64,000 bases of DNA from contig NW_018403528.1 in the NCBI RefSeq assembly GCF_002113885.1, positions 596,433-660,432 of the forward strand, read 5' to 3'. The position numbers were made by a program, and so were the translations under genes. The notes under the pieces were generated by a model, which worked only from the letters and a program-made list of their open reading frames with translations, searched no databases and was not told the origin of the DNA. Of the stretch, positions 60,301-64,000 are shown in pieces. The first letter of the stretch is position 1, and every line of letters starts with the position of its first letter. Source of the stretch: Mizuhopecten yessoensis (taxonomy: Eukaryota).

Positions 60301-60809
60301 ACGCAACATTACTGATAACGGTTTCGAAATGTTAAAAAAATTCCTGAAAAGACCCGTCAACTACATAGTTTAGTTGTTTCTGTATATAACATAAATTGAA
60401 CAGGAAAATAACTTGTTAATGGCTCTTTACGGTAAAAGTGACGGGACTCTCGTACTTATAAGTTAACGTTCTGTCAGTATAATGTGACCGGATTGAATAC
60501 CCGGTACTAGGGTAATATGCTGGGTGCTTTCGGCTTGTATTTCGGGTGAGATAGCACTCTAATGTAGGCATCAGATCTTGGCTATCACAAGCAGGCAAAC
60601 ATACCAACATATCGCCTCCTGGACACATACATCACACAAATAAAGGCACGCCAGCTTTTAATAGCACGTTAAGAAATTAAACGTAACAAAACCAAACCAT
60701 AATACACACCAGAAGAAGAAGAGGAAGCAGAAGAAATTCACTTACTGTCTATTTCCGCCTTCTGTAGAGATGAAAACACTTTCTTGTAGCGTACATACTT
60801 GTTGGATGC
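53095..60809 (-). CDS. Calmodulin-like EF-hand protein with long charged C-terminal tail, 5'-partial, >=576 aa: complement(join(53095..54374,56825..57067,57431..57574,60746..60809))
   Basis: Four exons with GT-AG boundaries and compatible phases give one open frame: ASNKYVRYKKVFSSLQKAEID-MYRDVFKFFDKTNRG...DVNGDGKVTFEE...DKNRDGFLTRDE...DKNHDNVIQYEEFAKMM + tail. The 144 and 243 nt exons equal CaM exons 3 and 4 in size. Confidence 0.92.
53110..53620 (-). repeat. Coding tandem repeats: 39-bp x6 (~53385-53620) and 96-bp x~2.7 (~53110-53385)
   Basis: Encode SDAKSHTRSDSKG and KPEKKMFKRTDSDGSIKSDGKPQTRRNSKGNI units. Confidence 0.93.
54850..56456 (+). mobile_element. 5'-truncated decayed LINE (RTE-X-like) in the last intron of the CaM-like gene, antisense to it
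   Basis: LYCCFIDYKKAF, YADHIVLLAES, IEKVQLNFCKRIL, ELGRLPL, RLSSHTLNIETGRF..CIYC..IEDEYHF motifs; ends in aataaa plus (gaat)n tail. Confidence 0.93.
56825..57067 (-). CDS. CaM-like gene exon (243 nt, EF2 exit to EF4 loop)
   Basis: ccacag|GT GAC GGC AAG...TAT GAA G|gtacgt. Confidence 0.95.
57431..57574 (-). CDS. CaM-like gene exon (144 nt, EF1 to EF2 loop)
   Basis: ttgcag|TG TAC CGT GAC...GTC AAC G|gtaagg. Confidence 0.95.
57731..57816. mobile_element. 86-bp hairpin MITE
   Basis: Arms catccccgatatccaggggtaacgttcacttt / aaagtgagcgtaacccctggatatcgaggatg. Confidence 0.75.
58653..59060. mobile_element. Probable MITE (~408 bp) with internal hairpin
   Basis: 12-bp TIRs atgtgtcaccct / agggtgacacat; internal stem ttctatagacccc / ggggtttatagaa at 58966-58999. 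Confidence 0.55.
60470..60700 (+). mobile_element. Degenerate SINE (Meta-like family)
   Basis: tgtcagtataatgtgaccgg...agcactctaatgtaggcatcag core and aaaaccaaacc tail. Confidence 0.55.
60746..60809 (-). CDS. CaM-like gene exon (64 nt; ASNKYVRYKKVFSSLQKAEID + A), counterpart of CaM exon 2
   Basis: ttccttttggcag|GCA TCC...GAC A|gtaagt; phase 0 in, phase 1 out, as in CaM exon 2. Confidence 0.82.
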
Positions 60810-63800
60810 CTGCCAAAAGGAAGAAATCATATTCGTGAAATCAAAACCTGGTGTTGATTACAAAATAACGTTCGCCTTTCTCAGTCGCGACTAGATTATG
60901 AGTATTCCTCGAAGACTGTCGGGGGGTTGTCACATGTCCTGTTTTGTTTGTGTAAGCACGGAATCTTAGTCCGTAGTCCGTGTTGTTATCTAAGTAAAGG
61001 TTATCGTCTAAGTAAAGCTAAGTCGTGTAAGCTGCTTGGCGTCTATAGGACGGTTCAAATCACACTTTCAGCTCGTGTTTTGTTGTGGGCAATTAACACT
61101 TTTGTTGCTAATTTCATTTGATCAGGAGTGTCACAGAATTAGATTAGTAGACAACTCAGAATATGTCATTTAAATCGTGGAAGGTGAGAGCTCCACCTTG
61201 GTGGATGTGGAGTCCGGAGTCCCCCAGAAGTCCATGGTAGTATATAGTCAATAAATACAAAAATGGAAGTCTCTTATAAAAAAATAACACTTTGTTAGGA
61301 TGTATGATTAATCTTTGACATGAATACGTAGATTGATGTTACTTTCGACGATACGGGGGAATTAAATATTTAGCTCCATTTTGGCACTAAACAGGTAAAA
61401 AGTGTTCACTTGTCGTTCGGGCTGTCATTCCATAAGTCATTAGATAATCTAGACCGTGTTAATTTCAGTATGCGACTCATCTTTGCATTGCTAAATCTAT
61501 CATTTAAATAACAAGTGACGGATTTTGGGAAACTCATGATGACTGTTTATTTTTTTCATGATCAGACAATAAAACAGCATTTGCATATTAATGAACCTAA
61601 ATGCAATATGAGAAATAGTGAAAAAAATCCTAGTAGAATCATATTAAGATAATTGAAAAACATATACAAAGAAAAATATATAACAAATAAACGATAGCAG
61701 AATATATTGCTGCCAGTCAAAAATTTTAAAGCGACCAACGATCTACGTTAATCAACAGCTGCAAATCTGAATGATAAGACTGAGAAAATTCAATTGATCG
61801 AGGGAGATAATTCTGGCACAGTTCACAAAACATTGTGTAGAAATACAGCATATACCCTTAACCCTATTATAAATCACCAGGATACTTTATAAGGTAGCGT
61901 GTAACGTTCACTCCAACACAAATCAAGTGTTTAATATGAAAGGTAGCATACACCCTTAACCCTAATACAAATAGCATACATAGTGTAATTGCAGGCTGTG
62001 ATAATCTCCCCCTATCATACCACGCATAATACTGATACCTCTATATGAGCCCGAGGGACGGCTGGCCCGAAGGCTTATATCGGTCGCTGGAGCATCCCAA
62101 CGAGGTGGCCCGAAGGCTTATATGGGTCGCTGGAGCATCCCGACGAGGCGACTAACGTGCAGCGCTAAAGGATTTGACGAGGTCATGCATCAGGTTTTCA
62201 TCTTCGAAGTGAAATAATATTTCGGTATGATACTGTCACATGTGGACATCGTCAGTCATGTGACACGGCCATTATTTTCTCTTTTCAAGTATTGTGTTGA
62301 CCACGCCCGGTAGACAGTTACGTATATACTTACGTTAATCTGTAGAGGACTGAAATGTAATGAGGATTTCTAATATTATACAATGTAGTGTAACGGGTTT
62401 AGCCGTGACGTAATTTTAAGGCGATACTATAAGGAGAGAGCTGACAACAAGTCTGTTACGAATGGTTGACATGACCCTTTCAACGAATAGGATAAACAAT
62501 TATGAAACAAGTCATTTGCCCCGATGGTAGCACGCAGACAGATTAAGGTCTATGTAGACGTTTTGTTAGAAAATAAATGTATTGACCTTTCATGCACTTA
62601 CATTGAATATCTTCATTTGGGCAATTTATCTAATGAATCTGACATTTTTTTTCAATCCCGGAGCTCTTTTGTGAAAAAAAACCCATCAATAACATCAATG
62701 ACGCATACATACTATTATTTACTGTGGTCGCTTTGAATCAACAAGTTGGGAAATTAATTTCACGAAGTGGTGTTGATATCGGCTTCTAAAATCCGTAAAA
62801 CGAAAGTCGTACAACTGTTGTCATAGCGTCGAGAGAACGTGCCTTTTCTGTTTAAATCCATCGAGAAAAATATAAATATTGATTCAATGGGTTAAATTTG
62901 TTTGAAAACAATATAATTTCATTTGGTTTGAAAGGAAAACGATAACATGATTGTGCAATGAAATTCCACCTGGACAACAGAAATAACCGACGCAAAGTTT
63001 ACATAACAATGTAATATATGGACAATCAATTTAATGTGTAGTAAACAGTGGAAAGTTAGGTACACAACGTATAATTACCTCCCTTTACATAGCTCTTCGG
63101 AAAGCCACTCGGCAAACACAGAACGTGCCACGTGTTTCCCCCCCCTTCATGCTAATGCACGTAGTAGACTACAGGCAAGGGAAGTTTGACTTAACAGGCA
63201 ACATTAAACATTAAGGATTGAAATAAAAATAATGAGAGAGACTGGACAAAGAATTGATTGCAAGAACTTGTAAGTAAATAGGTACATATATATCTAAATC
63301 GGGCCCTGTAATCACATCTATCTTCTTTTTACATGTTCAACATAGCGATTATTTTATCAGATTTTTACTCGATTTTTTTTCAAAGCAGACGTAGTTACTT
63401 TTATACGATAATTAGTTACATGGTAAATATAATCTAATTAAAATAGACTTGTAATTTCGCTCTACCACCAAGTGCACATTGTAGGTAGAAGAGAGAAATT
63501 GGAAGTCTCGTTTTAATTAAATAGGATAAATAGGATATATGTATCATAAAGAATTTTATGATAAAAGTGCTAAATTTGAACTTAAATTTAATATATCATT
63601 ATATTCGTTATTTGGCGTATTTTAAATTACCAACTTTTCAACTTTCATTTAATTTAATTAATATCCTGGAACTGTTTTGTGTAAATTGTTTCTCCTTATC
63701 TAATTGTGTCAATTTAAATAAGTTCTATTCACGAAGCTTTTTCTTTGAAGTCGACATGCATAATTCGTTTGAACCATTGTTGTCAAATTAACTTTTTACT

Positions 63801-63890
63801 TAATTTTATTACGTAACGGGATTAACTGGGACAGCCACCAGATCGGACACTGCATTCAGTCTCAGACAAAGGACAGCTAAATTGACTTAC

Positions 63891-63911
63891 CTGGTCGGTT
63901 ACGGCCCGTGT
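63891..63911 (-). CDS. Candidate 21-nt microexon (TRAVTDQ) of the CaM-like gene
   Basis: cctttactttcag|ACA CGG GCC GTA ACC GAC CAG|gtaagt; consensus splice sites, phase 0-0, in frame with the next exon. Confidence 0.55.
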
Positions 63912-64000
63912 CTGAAAGTAAAGGTTATTGCATGGTTTTTCGAGTAACAAGGGATTTATTACACCCGAGCGAAGTGAGAGTGTAATAAGTCCCGGGTGAC

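Noticed and set aside
62063-62148. 43-nt tandem duplication followed by cgactaa
   Set aside because: Only two copies; the shared gaggcgactaa word is too short to link it to the structured element family.

Overview
AT-rich eukaryotic genomic DNA, most likely from a bivalve mollusc (inferred from the repeat families and the invertebrate-type calmodulin). The right half holds two convergent EF-hand genes. (1) A complete canonical calmodulin gene on + (ATG|GT at 34856-34858; coding exons 3/31/144/243/29 nt; 149 aa ending EFVTMMTSK). It also carries a second, upstream candidate terminal exon (40846-40868) that would give a 147-aa isoform ending EFKSMML. (2) A 5'-incomplete calmodulin-like paralog on - (exons 60809-60746, 57574-57431, 57067-56825, 54374-53095, plus a candidate 21-nt microexon at 63911-63891). 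It has the same intron positions as calmodulin, a degenerate EF-hand 1, most target-pocket methionines replaced, and a ~420-aa charged low-complexity tail with tandem RxxS repeats. The left half (1-34 kb) has no recognisable host gene. It contains four minisatellites (52, 36, 47 and 48 bp units), a telomere-like G-rich tract, a 270-bp duplication and scattered decayed intronless ORF fragments of unknown, possibly viral or large-transposon, origin. LINE fragments, tRNA-derived SINEs, MITEs, a Kolobok-like element and Helentron-type (HINE) elements are interspersed throughout. All calls were made by eye; repeat-family names are provisional.
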